Shown one piece after another: positions 39,092 through 48,354 of a DNA stretch of 64,000 bases (its first letter is position 1; every line of letters begins with the position of its first letter). Both the position numbers and the translations under genes were made by a program. Below the pieces are notes generated by a model. It had not been told where the DNA came from. It searched no databases and worked only from the letters and a program-made list of their open reading frames with translations. The stretch spans positions 3,872,001 to 3,936,000 of the forward strand of contig OY759353.1 in NCBI GenBank assembly GCA_963662315.1, given 5' to 3'. This stretch comes from Geopsychrobacteraceae bacterium (lineage in GTDB: Bacteria; Desulfobacterota; Desulfuromonadia; Desulfuromonadales; Geopsychrobacteraceae).

Positions 39092-41542
39092 TCAGAACGA
39101 TTCATTCTCTGTCCGCTCAATAATCTCCTGCTGCAGATCCGCATTCATATCGTTGAAGTAGTCGCTGTAGCCGGCCATGCGTACCAGCAGGTCTTTGTAT
39201 TCCTCGGGATTCTGCTGCGCCGCGTAGAGGGTTGCCGTATCAACAATATTGAACTGAATGTGGTGGCCACCCTGGTTGAAATAGCTGCGAATCAGCTGAC
39301 CGAGCTTGATGATATCTTCATCGCGCTTGAGCAGACTGGGAAGAAAGCGCTGGTTGAGCAATGTGCCACCCGACATGGTCTGATCAAGTTTGGTCAGCGA
39401 GCGTATTACTGCTGACGGACCGTGAGTGTCAGCACCATGGGACGGTGAGGTGCCGTCGCTGATCGATTTGCCGGCGAAGCGACCGTTGGGGGTGGCGCCC
39501 ATGACCTTGCCGAAATAAATATGGCAGGTGGTCGAGAGCATATTGAGGTGAAAGGTCTCCCCTTTGACGTTTGGTTTGCCATCAATGGCGGCAAGGAGAT
39601 CGTCATAAACCTGCAGGGCGATATCATCGGCATAATCATCATCATTACCGAAAAACGGCGTCTTGTTGATGATTGTCTGGCGCAGGAATTCCTCCCCTTC
39701 AAAGTTTTTGGCGACCGCTTCCAGCAAACGATCCATGCTGAAGGTGCCGGCTTCGAAGACGTGTTTTTTCAGTGCCGAAAGACTGTCAGTCACAGTTCCC
39801 AAGCCGGTGCACTGAATATAGTTGGTGTTGTAACGTGGACCGCCGCCATAGTAGTCCTTGCCCTTTTTGATGCAGTCATCAATGACAACCGACAACAGTG
39901 GAGCCGGTGCGTACTTGGCAAACATGCGATCAATATAATTGCTGACCCTGACTTTCAAATCGACAATGAAGTTGAGCTGCTTGAGGAAGGCCTCGTAAAG
40001 TTCATCATAGCTGGAGAAAGTTCGTGGATCGCCACTTTCAATGCCGACCCTGGTGCCAGTGACCGGATCGATACCGTTATTCAGGGTGACCTCAAGAATT
40101 TTGGGAACGTTCAGGTAGCCGGTCAGGATAAACGCTTCCTTGCCGAAGGCTCCGACTTCGATACAGCCACTGCAGCCACCTTCCCGTGCGTCGCGCAAGG
40201 ATTTCCCCTGGCGCATCAGCTCCATGACATACATATCGGGATTAAATACGGAAGGGTAACCGTGTCCCTGACGGATGACCTTGCAGGCGGCATGCAGAAA
40301 GCGGTCGGGAGTTTTGTTGCTGATGTGGACCGCGTTGCCGGGTTGCAGAATGTGCAGCTCTTCAACAATTTCGAGCATGATGTAGGAGACTTCGCTGACG
40401 CCATCTTTCCCCTCACCGGTAATGCCGCCGATGTTGAGATTGGTAAAGTCGTTGTAGGTGCCGCTTTCACGGGCCGTAATACCGACTTTGGGTGGTGCCG
40501 GATGGTTGTTGACCTTGATCCAGAAGCAGCACAGCAGTTCTTTGGCCTGCTCGCGGGTCAGTCTGCCAGCAGCGATATCCGCTGCATAAAAAGGGGCCAG
40601 GTGCTGGTCAAAATGGCCAGGATTCATGGCGTCCCAGCCGTTCAGCTCGGTAATGGTGCCGAGGTGGACAAACCAGTACATCTGAATGGCTTCACGGAAA
40701 GTTTTTGGAGCGTGGGCGGGAACACGACGGCATATCTCTGCAATCTCTTTTAATTCTGCGGCTCGTTCGGTGTTGGCCTCGTTCTCGGCCATCTGCTCGG
40801 CCAGTTCAGCATGCCGTTCTGCGAAACGAATCAATGCATCGCAGGAGATATCCATGGCCTTGAGTTCTTCTGCTTTGTCCGTGGCTTCCGGGTCGTTCAG
40901 GTAATCAAGAGCGGCGCTGGCTTCGGCAATCTGTTGTTTGAAATCCAGCATGCCATAACGGTAGATTTTGCCGTCCAGGGCAGTGTGACCGGGAGCTCGT
41001 TGCTCCATGAACTCGGTAAAGAGTCCAGCCTGGTAGGCGGCCTGCCATTCTGCCGGAACATGGTTGAATATACGTTCGCGCACGGTGCGTCCCTGCCAGT
41101 AGGGGATGACTTCGCGGGCGTAAGTATCAATATCTTCCTGGCTGATGGTATAGCGCTGCTGATCGCGGGTATTAAGGACATGAAAATCCTCGACAGTATG
41201 GCAGGTCAGTTCCGGGAAGGTGGGTACTACCTTCGGAGCTGGCCCACGTTCGCCAACCAGGAGTTCATCTGCGCCAATGTAAAGCGTCTTCTTTTCACAG
41301 TGATCAAGGAAGTTGAGGGCCCGCAGGATTGGAATCGGATACTTGCCGTAGTTTTCCTTGTAGAAGGCTGTTTCGTGCAGCGCACGCTCTATCGACAGAC
41401 TGGGCTCGGTTTCAACTGTGAGTTTGCGCAACCGTTGGATACGTTGGTTCATCCCCGGACCGATGGCGGTTTTCGCAAGGGGGGTGTAAAAATTGCCTTC
41501 GCTGGCTGGGGTGCGCTGCGGGTTATGGTTTTGATCACTCAT
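39092..41542 (-). CDS. hypD: Glycyl radical enzyme, trans-4-hydroxy-L-proline dehydratase type
   Basis: FTEFMEQRAPGH, NGWDAM, PAPPKVGITARESGTYNDF, SGCIE, LTGY, MLSTTCH and the VRMAGYS glycyl motif match C. difficile HypD as recalled; start 41542 or 41551. Confidence 0.88.
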   Translation of the reverse strand: MSDQNHNPQRTPASEGNFYTPLAKTAIGPGMNQRIQRLRKLTVETEPSLSIERALHETAFYKENYGKYPIPILRALNFLDHCEKKTLYIGADELLVGERGPAPKVVPTFPELTCHTVEDFHVLNTRDQQRYTISQEDIDTYAREVIPYWQGRTVRERIFNHVPAEWQAAYQAGLFTEFMEQRAPGHTALDGKIYRYGMLDFKQQIAEASAALDYLNDPEATDKAEELKAMDISCDALIRFAERHAELAEQMAENEANTERAAELKEIAEICRRVPAHAPKTFREAIQMYWFVHLGTITELNGWDAMNPGHFDQHLAPFYAADIAAGRLTREQAKELLCCFWIKVNNHPAPPKVGITARESGTYNDFTNLNIGGITGEGKDGVSEVSYIMLEIVEELHILQPGNAVHISNKTPDRFLHAACKVIRQGHGYPSVFNPDMYVMELMRQGKSLRDAREGGCSGCIEVGAFGKEAFILTGYLNVPKILEVTLNNGIDPVTGTRVGIESGDPRTFSSYDELYEAFLKQLNFIVDLKVRVSNYIDRMFAKYAPAPLLSVVIDDCIKKGKDYYGGGPRYNTNYIQCTGLGTVTDSLSALKKHVFEAGTFSMDRLLEAVAKNFEGEEFLRQTIINKTPFFGNDDDYADDIALQVYDDLLAAIDGKPNVKGETFHLNMLSTTCHIYFGKVMGATPNGRFAGKSISDGTSPSHGADTHGPSAVIRSLTKLDQTMSGGTLLNQRFLPSLLKRDEDIIKLGQLIRSYFNQGGHHIQFNIVDTATLYAAQQNPEEYKDLLVRMAGYSDYFNDMNADLQQEIIERTENESF

Positions 41543-41602
41543 GAAAAACATCCTTTCCTGACCAGGCTGTGTAGGCTTATTGTAAGCGTATCTTTCCTTA
41601 TT

Positions 41603-41619
41603 AGCAATAAGGGTGCCAT
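41603..41619 (-). promoter_or_regulatory. Sigma-54 promoter of the hypD operon
   Basis: Minus strand reads ATGGCACCCTTATTGCT, a consensus match. Confidence 0.88.
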
Positions 41620-41721
41620 GCCATACCTCCTGAACGTTGTCTTTAACGTACTGATATTGCTGTGTCGATGATGTCGGGTCTGATGAGAGGATGAGCAGGA
41701 ACAGGTACTGGCAATTTAAGA

Positions 41722-41757
41722 AGGCATTGTTTATTCATTCATGAATAAACAATGCCT
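41722..41757. repeat. Perfect 17-bp inverted repeat with a 2-nt spacer
   Basis: AGGCATTGTTTATTCAT-TC-ATGAATAAACAATGCCT. Confidence 0.9.
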
Positions 41758-41784
41758 GATCATGTCGCTGGCTGTGGATAAAAA

Positions 41785-42315
41785 TCAACGTTCGAGGGTA
41801 ATGTCTACATGGAGTTCATCGGCGACACTGCTAAGTTCGTCTTCCAGTTGATCAAAGGGCAATTGCTCTGGCACCTGAATATGAATAATCATGGTGTAGA
41901 TAGTCGCTCCACTTTCGGGCGATGCGGCTGATGAGGAGTCAAGTTCGATAATATTGAGCTGGCGGTCGGCGAGAAACTGGCTGGTCTTGTAAACGATTCC
42001 GGCCTGGTCAAGCCCTTCAATATGCAGGGTGCAGGTTTTGTAGCTTTGCTTCTCTGGACTGGTAAAAGGCTGCAGTGGCCGAACAAATGCAGAAATACCT
42101 TTCTCCATCTCGAGGCGTCGGCATTCTTTGTTCAGCAGCTCTTCAATGCTGTCATTCGGGCTTGAAAACAGCAGGCTCAGGGTAAATTCATCCGCCAGCA
42201 TTGACATGGTTGTGTCTTCGAGGTTGCAGTCATTGTCATACAGAAGGCGGGTTACGTCAGCGACGATGCCGGCGCGGTCTTTGCCGAATGCCGTCATGAT
42301 AAAGCGCTGTGTCAT
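41785..42315 (-). CDS. Tandem ACT-domain protein (GcvR-like)
   Basis: GKDRAGIV...CNLED and GLDQAGIV...LNI. Confidence 0.88.
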   Translation of the reverse strand: MTQRFIMTAFGKDRAGIVADVTRLLYDNDCNLEDTTMSMLADEFTLSLLFSSPNDSIEELLNKECRRLEMEKGISAFVRPLQPFTSPEKQSYKTCTLHIEGLDQAGIVYKTSQFLADRQLNIIELDSSSAASPESGATIYTMIIHIQVPEQLPFDQLEDELSSVADELHVDITLER

Positions 42316-42470
42316 CAGGGTTCTCCTTCAGGCTGGGGTTAATACTGTCATTAAAACACAGTTTAGTGTTATGCGGAAGAAGGTTGTGTGCCGCAGGAGG
42401 GCTGAGGCGGGGCGCCGTTTGCTCTTCAGGTTGCATCCGCTGTTTCCGGATGGCAACCTGAGTATAAAAA

Positions 42471-43265
42471 TCAGTTGATAAGTCGTTCGGATCGTTCCTG
42501 AGTGAAGGCGAATACGGCCATAGACAGATTACCATAACTGAAGCTTTCGTGAAGCAGTTGAGCGGGTTGTCCATGGGCAGCACCAAGGGCGACAAACAGG
42601 GGCAAAAAGTGCTCATCCGTTGGGTGGGCCAGGCGCATATATGGAGCAGATCTGAACTGGCGGAGATTGTCGAAGGTGCCACCCAACAGTTGATCCTTAA
42701 CCCACTCGGTAAAAGTCTCAGCCCAATTTTCCGGTGGCGTACCCTCTCGTGCCAGGCGTTTCAGGTTGTGAGTGATCGCTCCCGAACAGATAACCAGATT
42801 GTTAGTGCGCTGTTGAGCCAGCACATTACCAATGCGGATCAGCGTATCAATGTCGGCTTCCATCGGCATACTTACCTGAACAACAGGAATATCTGCGGCT
42901 GGGAAAAGAATCGACAGTGGGACCCAGGCGCCGTGGTCCAGCCCGCGTCTGATATCAATGTCACTATGTAAATCGGCTTGTTCAAATTGGGCCTGAAGCT
43001 CATTAGCCAGTTCCCTGGATCCGAGAGCCGGGTAGCTCATCTGATACAATTCCGGACAGAAGCCACTGAAGTCATGCATGGTTGTATACGCATGGGCTCC
43101 AGAGATAGCCAATTCCCTGGTCAACCAATGAGCAGACACCATGATGAGTGCCTGGGGCCGGGGCAGGGTAGTTCCAATGTGTTGCCATGCCTCTTTAGCC
43201 GGGTGCTCTGATAATGGTAGATCAGGAGCCCCATGGGACAGAAAGAGAGTTGGAAATTCATGCAT
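42471..43265 (-). CDS. DODA/LigB-type extradiol dioxygenase (YgiD-like)
   Basis: FLSHGAP, SAHW, HDFSGF, GLDHGAWVP, SGAITHNL, AHPTDEHFLPL. Confidence 0.93.
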   Translation of the reverse strand: MHEFPTLFLSHGAPDLPLSEHPAKEAWQHIGTTLPRPQALIMVSAHWLTRELAISGAHAYTTMHDFSGFCPELYQMSYPALGSRELANELQAQFEQADLHSDIDIRRGLDHGAWVPLSILFPAADIPVVQVSMPMEADIDTLIRIGNVLAQQRTNNLVICSGAITHNLKRLAREGTPPENWAETFTEWVKDQLLGGTFDNLRQFRSAPYMRLAHPTDEHFLPLFVALGAAHGQPAQLLHESFSYGNLSMAVFAFTQERSERLIN

Positions 43266-43343
43266 CGTTCTTGCCCTTTATGAAAAAAAAGTGCCAGGCC
43301 AGTCGGCTTGAAGGCGATTTATGGCCTGCCAGAGGCTAATGCT

Positions 43344-43371
43344 TCCCCCTCTTCGTCATTGAAGAGGGGGA
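43344..43371 (-). terminator. Hairpin after yceI
   Basis: TCCCCCTCTTC-GTCATT-GAAGAGGGGGA. Confidence 0.55.
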
Positions 43372-43379
43372 GATCTTGG

Positions 43380-43964
43380 TTATTTTTGTGCGACTGCTTC
43401 AACCTCAAGGCCAAGGGTCACTGTGTCACCGACAAGTACCCCTCCGGTTTCAAGTGCCTTGTTCCAGGTCAGTCCGAAATCTTTGCGATCAATCTGACCG
43501 GAGGCTTCAAACCCTGCACGCTTGTTCCCCCAGGGGTCGGTTGCAGTTCCGGCAAAGCCGCCTGTTAAGACAACTTCTTTGGTCACTCCTTTGATGGTCA
43601 GATCACCAACGACAGTAATATTATCGCCACTGCCGGTCACTTTCTTACTTTTGAACGTGATTTCAGGGAACTCTTCCACACTGAAGAAATCGGCGCTACG
43701 CAAGTGACCGTCACGTTTCTCGTCGCGGGTATCGATCGATGCCGGTTTAATGGTTGCTTCCGCAGAAATCAATTTTTTGCTGTCGGGGTCAGCAACAACC
43801 GATCCGTTGAAATCGTTAAAGTTGCCGCGGACCTTGAATGCCACCAGGTGAGCAATGGTGAAGTGAATCTGTGAGTGAGGGGTATCAATATTGTAAGTTT
43901 CGGCTGCGGCGCCAGTAACCAGTAACGTAAGTAGGGTAAGTGATGTGATTAATTGCTTGAGCAT
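43380..43964 (-). CDS. yceI: YceI family periplasmic polyisoprenoid-binding protein
   Basis: Signal peptide, RDGHLRSADFF, GDLTIKGVTK, DPWG, RKDFGLTWN. Confidence 0.94.
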   Translation of the reverse strand: MLKQLITSLTLLTLLVTGAAAETYNIDTPHSQIHFTIAHLVAFKVRGNFNDFNGSVVADPDSKKLISAEATIKPASIDTRDEKRDGHLRSADFFSVEEFPEITFKSKKVTGSGDNITVVGDLTIKGVTKEVVLTGGFAGTATDPWGNKRAGFEASGQIDRKDFGLTWNKALETGGVLVGDTVTLGLEVEAVAQK

Positions 43965-44041
43965 GGCGAACTCCTATTGGTTGCATGATTTTGGTTGTTG
44001 TTGATCTTCGTTTTTATATGACAATATTAGTGTTGTTTGCT

Positions 44042-44090
44042 ATAGATTGAAAATATTTTAAATAAACAATCATTATACTTAAAAACTATA
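44042..44090. promoter_or_regulatory. Candidate LysR boxes (ATA-N9-TAT)
   Basis: ATAGATTGAAAATAT (44042), ATAAACAATCATTAT (44062) and ATACTTAAAAACTAT (44075) between divergent yceI and lysR; the region is AT-rich, so chance matches are possible. Confidence 0.45.
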
Positions 44091-44100
44091 GAGAAAAGTT

Positions 44101-44994
44101 ATGACCTTAGATCAATTGAAGATACTGGTCGCTATCGCGGATGAAGGAAGTGTCCTGGCGGCAGCTAGGTCGTTGTACCGGACGCAGCCAACTGTCAGCG
44201 TTCTGTTGAGAAAGCTTGAAGATGAACTTGATCTGATCCTTCTTGATCGCAACAGTTATCGAGCAACCCTGACTCCTGAGGGTTGGCAGCTCTATAAAAA
44301 AGCCAAGGCTATTTTAGGACAGGTTGATGACTTTGGGCGGCTGGCACGTTACCTGGCTGTAGGTCACGAGCCTTCCTTGTCCCTAGCCGTAGAGGCGAGT
44401 TGTCCCGTTCCCCTTATTCTTGAAGTTCTGCAGGAAAGTGGAAAGAAGTACCCCGAAACAGAGTTGAACCTGGAAGTGGAAAACATTTGGGGAGCCCTTG
44501 AGAAGCTTGAACACGGCACCGTTGACATCGCTGTCAGTCCGGTATTTAAGGACGATGCACGTTTTGAAACGGTACCGTTGTTAATGACCCATCTATTGGC
44601 TGTTGCTGCTCCGGGGTTTCTCGATACCAGGAGTCCGCTGACCCTCGACACCATGAAGAACCATGTTCAGATTGTTGTGCGTGATAGTGCCCAGAAAAAA
44701 GTCAATCAATCATTCGGGGTGCTTGAAAATGGCCGGCATTGGGTGGTTGGTGATCACCAGACCAAAAAGCAGTTGATCGTTGCAGGAATGGGCTGGGGCA
44801 AATTACAGGATAGTCTTATTGGTGAAGAATTGGCCCGTGGTGAGCTGGTTCTTCTTGATATTGAAAGTTATCCCTGTGATATTGCCATGGAAATTATGGC
44901 TGCGCGTCTGGCGGGAAAACAGGTTGGTCCTGTTGCCGCTGCATTATGGGACGATTTTTCTTTGTCATTGGGGAAGACGTTGACACGCGATTGA
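44101..44994 (+). CDS. LysR-family transcriptional regulator
   Basis: MTLDQL...GSVLAAARSLYRTQPTVS...LE HTH; 297 aa. Confidence 0.95.
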   Translation: MTLDQLKILVAIADEGSVLAAARSLYRTQPTVSVLLRKLEDELDLILLDRNSYRATLTPEGWQLYKKAKAILGQVDDFGRLARYLAVGHEPSLSLAVEASCPVPLILEVLQESGKKYPETELNLEVENIWGALEKLEHGTVDIAVSPVFKDDARFETVPLLMTHLLAVAAPGFLDTRSPLTLDTMKNHVQIVVRDSAQKKVNQSFGVLENGRHWVVGDHQTKKQLIVAGMGWGKLQDSLIGEELARGELVLLDIESYPCDIAMEIMAARLAGKQVGPVAAALWDDFSLSLGKTLTRD

Positions 44995-45007
44995 TCCCGA
45001 CTTAGGT

Positions 45008-45457
45008 TTACCGTAACCCCAGGCGGGAAAGCATTTTACCGGTGTAGCGGTTAAGAAAGTGACGACGCTCAAGACCTTTAAAGACCGGTTCCCTGCGTAG
45101 GCCAAGTTTTTTTAGTTCGGCGATGATTTTGGCATTAGGACTGGTTCTCAGACCACGACGGAAGGCTTTGATGGCTTTTTCCCGGTGACCGGCAAACAGC
45201 AGGATTCTGCCCATAATCAGAAAATGCAGGGAGTTGTTCGGCTCTAAATCGAGAGCTTTACGGTTGAGTGCCAGGGCCGCCTGTAATTGTTTCTGTCCAA
45301 GAGCCAGGCAATAGGCCCGATAGCTCATGACTTCCGGAGATTGGTGAATATTGGCGGCCTGTTCCAGATAGGCATGTGCTGCCGTAAGCTGTCCGGATTC
45401 GGCCGCTGTTATCCCTTTGCATAGCAGCCTGGTATGTTCTTGTGTTTGCATAAGCAT
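45008..45457 (-). CDS. Small TPR-repeat protein
   Basis: ALDLEPNN..HFLIMGRIL...EKAIKAFRRGL; start may be 45451. Confidence 0.8.
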   Translation of the reverse strand: MLMQTQEHTRLLCKGITAAESGQLTAAHAYLEQAANIHQSPEVMSYRAYCLALGQKQLQAALALNRKALDLEPNNSLHFLIMGRILLFAGHREKAIKAFRRGLRTSPNAKIIAELKKLGLRREPVFKGLERRHFLNRYTGKMLSRLGLR

Positions 45458-45571
45458 ATCCTTGCTGAGCGATGAGCTGCCTTACGGGTTATGTTTACAG
45501 TATAGCGAAGAAATGGAGATGTGGTGTCGTTGCTGGTAAGGTGCTTATCGGTTTCGCCCGCAGATGAAGCG

Positions 45572-46108
45572 TCAGTCGTGTAGAAACTCCGGCCATTGAC
45601 GTTTGATCTGCTCTTCAATCGCGGCGGCAACCTGCTCAGCATTGCAGCCCTGACATGGAATGGTCAGATCGGCAAATTTCTGGTAGAGGGGGGTTCTTTC
45701 ATTGTACAGCTGCTCAAATGTCTGCCCTTCGCCCATGACCAGGCCACGCTGCCCCATATCTGCGATGCGTTGCTCTAATTCAGGTAAATCAACTTGCAGA
45801 TAAACCAACTGGCCGGTAGCAGCCAAGGCCTTAAGGCCATTCTCGTAATAGACGACAGATCCTCCGGTAGCGATGACGCAATGCTCGAGTTGCAGATTGG
45901 CAATCACCTGTTCTTCGGTATAGCGGAAATAGTCGAGCCCCTTGCTGTCGATAATCTGCTGCAGCCGTTTGTGCTCTCTGGCCTGGATGATCAGATCGGT
46001 GTCGTAGAACTGAAATCCTAACCGTTTGGCAAGAACGACACCAACGGTACTTTTTCCTGCTCCTGGCATACCGATAAGGATAATATTACTTTTTTCTGAA
46101 ACGTTCAT
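45572..46108 (-). CDS. aroK: Shikimate kinase
   Basis: LIGMPGAGKSTVG, DTD, FR..E, IATGGSVV, ERTPLY. Confidence 0.92.
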   Translation of the reverse strand: MNVSEKSNIILIGMPGAGKSTVGVVLAKRLGFQFYDTDLIIQAREHKRLQQIIDSKGLDYFRYTEEQVIANLQLEHCVIATGGSVVYYENGLKALAATGQLVYLQVDLPELEQRIADMGQRGLVMGEGQTFEQLYNERTPLYQKFADLTIPCQGCNAEQVAAAIEEQIKRQWPEFLHD

Positions 46109-46399
46109 GTCCTGAAGTCCTAAAAAGAAGGCACCAGATAGTTTTTACCCTATTGAGGCTGGTCTGTGAGAAATGATGATATGACAAAAGTTTTTCTGCG
46201 GAGTCAATGCTTTATTCTGCCGGTTACAGATTTGCTGCAATTCGGAGGTTAAATAAAGATAACTTTCTGGGACTGGAAATTGTTGTCTTTTTAGGCGAAG
46301 ATAGTCACTAAAAATCTCGAAAATACAAACTAAGTTCATATGAATATTTTTATGGTAATATTGAATGTGGTAGAAAAATGAACAAGAAAGGCTATTTTT

Positions 46400-46642
46400 A
46401 TGTCATTTGATGATGAAATTCAAGGGATGCCAATTGCTATAACCCTGGAACCAGGAACTTATTTCCGCTGTACTTGCGGTCAGTCCGGAAGTTTGCCATT
46501 TTGTGATGGGCACCATCAAAGTGGCGATCAGCTGCCGATTCGATTCGAGATAAAACAGCGGGAAAAAGTTTACCTGTGCGCGTGTGGTCATAGTAAAAAT
46601 CAACCGCATTGCGATGGGACCTGTGGCGTCGCCTTACCCTGA
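46400..46642 (+). CDS. Tandem CDGSH iron-sulfur domain protein
   Basis: CTCGQSGSLPFCDGHH and CACGHSKNQPHCDGTC. Confidence 0.9.
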   Translation: MSFDDEIQGMPIAITLEPGTYFRCTCGQSGSLPFCDGHHQSGDQLPIRFEIKQREKVYLCACGHSKNQPHCDGTCGVALP

Positions 46643-46809
46643 TTTGTGGGCAGGTTGGTTTTTCGCCGTCTGCCAATAAACAGTTTTTAATCCAGAAAAA
46701 TGATCTTCACCCCTCCAGATTTTGTCGCTATGTGTGTTACGTTTAATTGTAAAAGCGGCATAACTATCGATTATCGGAGGGGAGCATTGGTTGGTAAAAG
46801 AGCACATAT

Positions 46810-47664
46810 ATGTATAAAATTGTGACCCATCCGGGGAACGCCCACAAAGATGATTTCCTGTCGGTCTGTATTTTGCTTGCTAAACTTGAATCCGCACTGA
46901 TTTTCCGTCGCGAAGCAACCCCCGAGGATCTGGCGGATCCTGATACCTATGTTGTCGATGTCGGCATGCAACTGGATGCCCGACTGCACAATTTTGACCA
47001 TCATCAGGACCGGCGCCTTCCCTGTGCTTTTCATCTGGTGATGCAGCATCTGGGCTATCATGATGCTGCGCTGCTGGTGTTCGGCTGGTATGAGCAGATG
47101 AGCTTGTTGGATGTGGGGGGACTGCATAAAACAGCAAAAGAGCTGGGGGTCGACCCCAACGTATTGCTATCCTCTTCCTCTCCCATTGATGGCTATATCC
47201 TGTCCCACTTTTCGCGCTATGAAGAATTGACGGCGCAGACCTTTTTTTACCGGTTTATGAAGGATTTTGGTGAAGAGATGATCAATCTCATCGAATCCAA
47301 AACAGATCGACTCAAGCTCCTTGAGAAGGAAGCCAGAATTGTTCCGGTTGGTGATTATAAGGCGCTTTACAGCCCTATTGCCGATAATCCGAAGCTTTCC
47401 ATTGAACTGTATTTAAAACAATTGGCCGATCCCGATATCGTTATGACGATAACACCGTCTAACCGGGGTGATGGCTGGGAGTTGCTGCGGTTGGGCGACA
47501 ACAGTTTTGTTGATTTTCGGGCGGTGGCGAACAATCCGGATGTGCGTTTTGTCCATGTTAACGGCTTTATTGCCAAGACCAGAAACCTGTTGCCCCTTGC
47601 CAGAGTGACCCAAATTGCCTCCCAGGCGATCAAGCCGAAAGGGATTGCAATCTATCGTTGTTGA
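46810..47664 (+). CDS. MYG1-family (DHH-like) metal-dependent hydrolase
   Basis: IVTHPGNAHKDD, VDVG, FDHHQ, FVHVNGFIAK. Confidence 0.85.
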   Translation: MYKIVTHPGNAHKDDFLSVCILLAKLESALIFRREATPEDLADPDTYVVDVGMQLDARLHNFDHHQDRRLPCAFHLVMQHLGYHDAALLVFGWYEQMSLLDVGGLHKTAKELGVDPNVLLSSSSPIDGYILSHFSRYEELTAQTFFYRFMKDFGEEMINLIESKTDRLKLLEKEARIVPVGDYKALYSPIADNPKLSIELYLKQLADPDIVMTITPSNRGDGWELLRLGDNSFVDFRAVANNPDVRFVHVNGFIAKTRNLLPLARVTQIASQAIKPKGIAIYRC

Positions 47665-48248
47665 AGTTTTTCTGCATTGCGGCCAAACTGTTCATAAAAC
47701 CAGTAAAAGGAAAACATCAGGCCAGGAGTCTTGGCCTGGTTTTCGTCAAGCATGAATGACATGGAATCCGCTAATGGCAGGTATTCCAGAATAATCTCTT
47801 CTTGATGGATTCCCCCGCCATCGTGTTTACGGCAAGCGTCGTCGAGCAGGGCAAAGTACAGATGTTGGCAATTACCTGAAATGCCGACGTTGGTAAAAAA
47901 TGAACTGATCTTGACGAGTCTGCTAAGGGGAATATCGAAACCGCACTCTTCCAGTATTTCTTCTTTGGCAATCTGTTCAAGTGACTCTTGTTTATCGACC
48001 AGTCCGGCGCACAGTTCGTAGGTGAAAGTAAACTGCGGGTGGTTCATATGGACTGGAGCACGAAATTGTTTTACCAGCAGAAACGCCTGGCGCTCCACAT
48101 GATAAAGCAAGGTGGCAACACTGTCATGTGCCTGGACTGCTTCCCAGGAGCGGGCTTGACCATTCTGGGTATAGTCAAGGCGGACCGGTTTTACATAGTG
48201 GCAGTCGTTTAAAGGGCTGACAGAAAAATAACGGATGTCGAAGGGCAT
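47652..48248 (-). CDS. Nudix nucleotide-sugar pyrophosphatase (NudK/NUDT14-like)
   Basis: HDSV, LVKQFRAPV, ELCAGLVDK...KEEILEECG Nudix box. Confidence 0.9.
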   Translation of the reverse strand: MPFDIRYFSVSPLNDCHYVKPVRLDYTQNGQARSWEAVQAHDSVATLLYHVERQAFLLVKQFRAPVHMNHPQFTFTYELCAGLVDKQESLEQIAKEEILEECGFDIPLSRLVKISSFFTNVGISGNCQHLYFALLDDACRKHDGGGIHQEEIILEYLPLADSMSFMLDENQAKTPGLMFSFYWFYEQFGRNAEKLQQR

Positions 48249-48287
48249 ATCGGGACCTATTTTTAGGAGATATCAGTGTGTGCTAGT

Positions 48288-48322
48288 TCAGCACCCTTCT
48301 CCCTGTGGGAGCAGGGTGCTGA
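48288..48322 (-). terminator. Hairpin after the quinone oxidoreductase gene
   Basis: TCAGCACCCT...AGGGTGCTGA with an inner CTCCC/GGGAG stem. Confidence 0.55.
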
Positions 48323-48354
48323 TTACTTGCCTGGTTGGGCTATTTTGAATCTAC

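Noticed and set aside
39521..40753. 410-aa plus-strand ORF, and similar long ORFs such as 4346-5395, 6140-7033 and 20201-21142
   Set aside because: They lie antisense to well-supported genes and show no recognisable motifs; expected shadow frames from codon bias.
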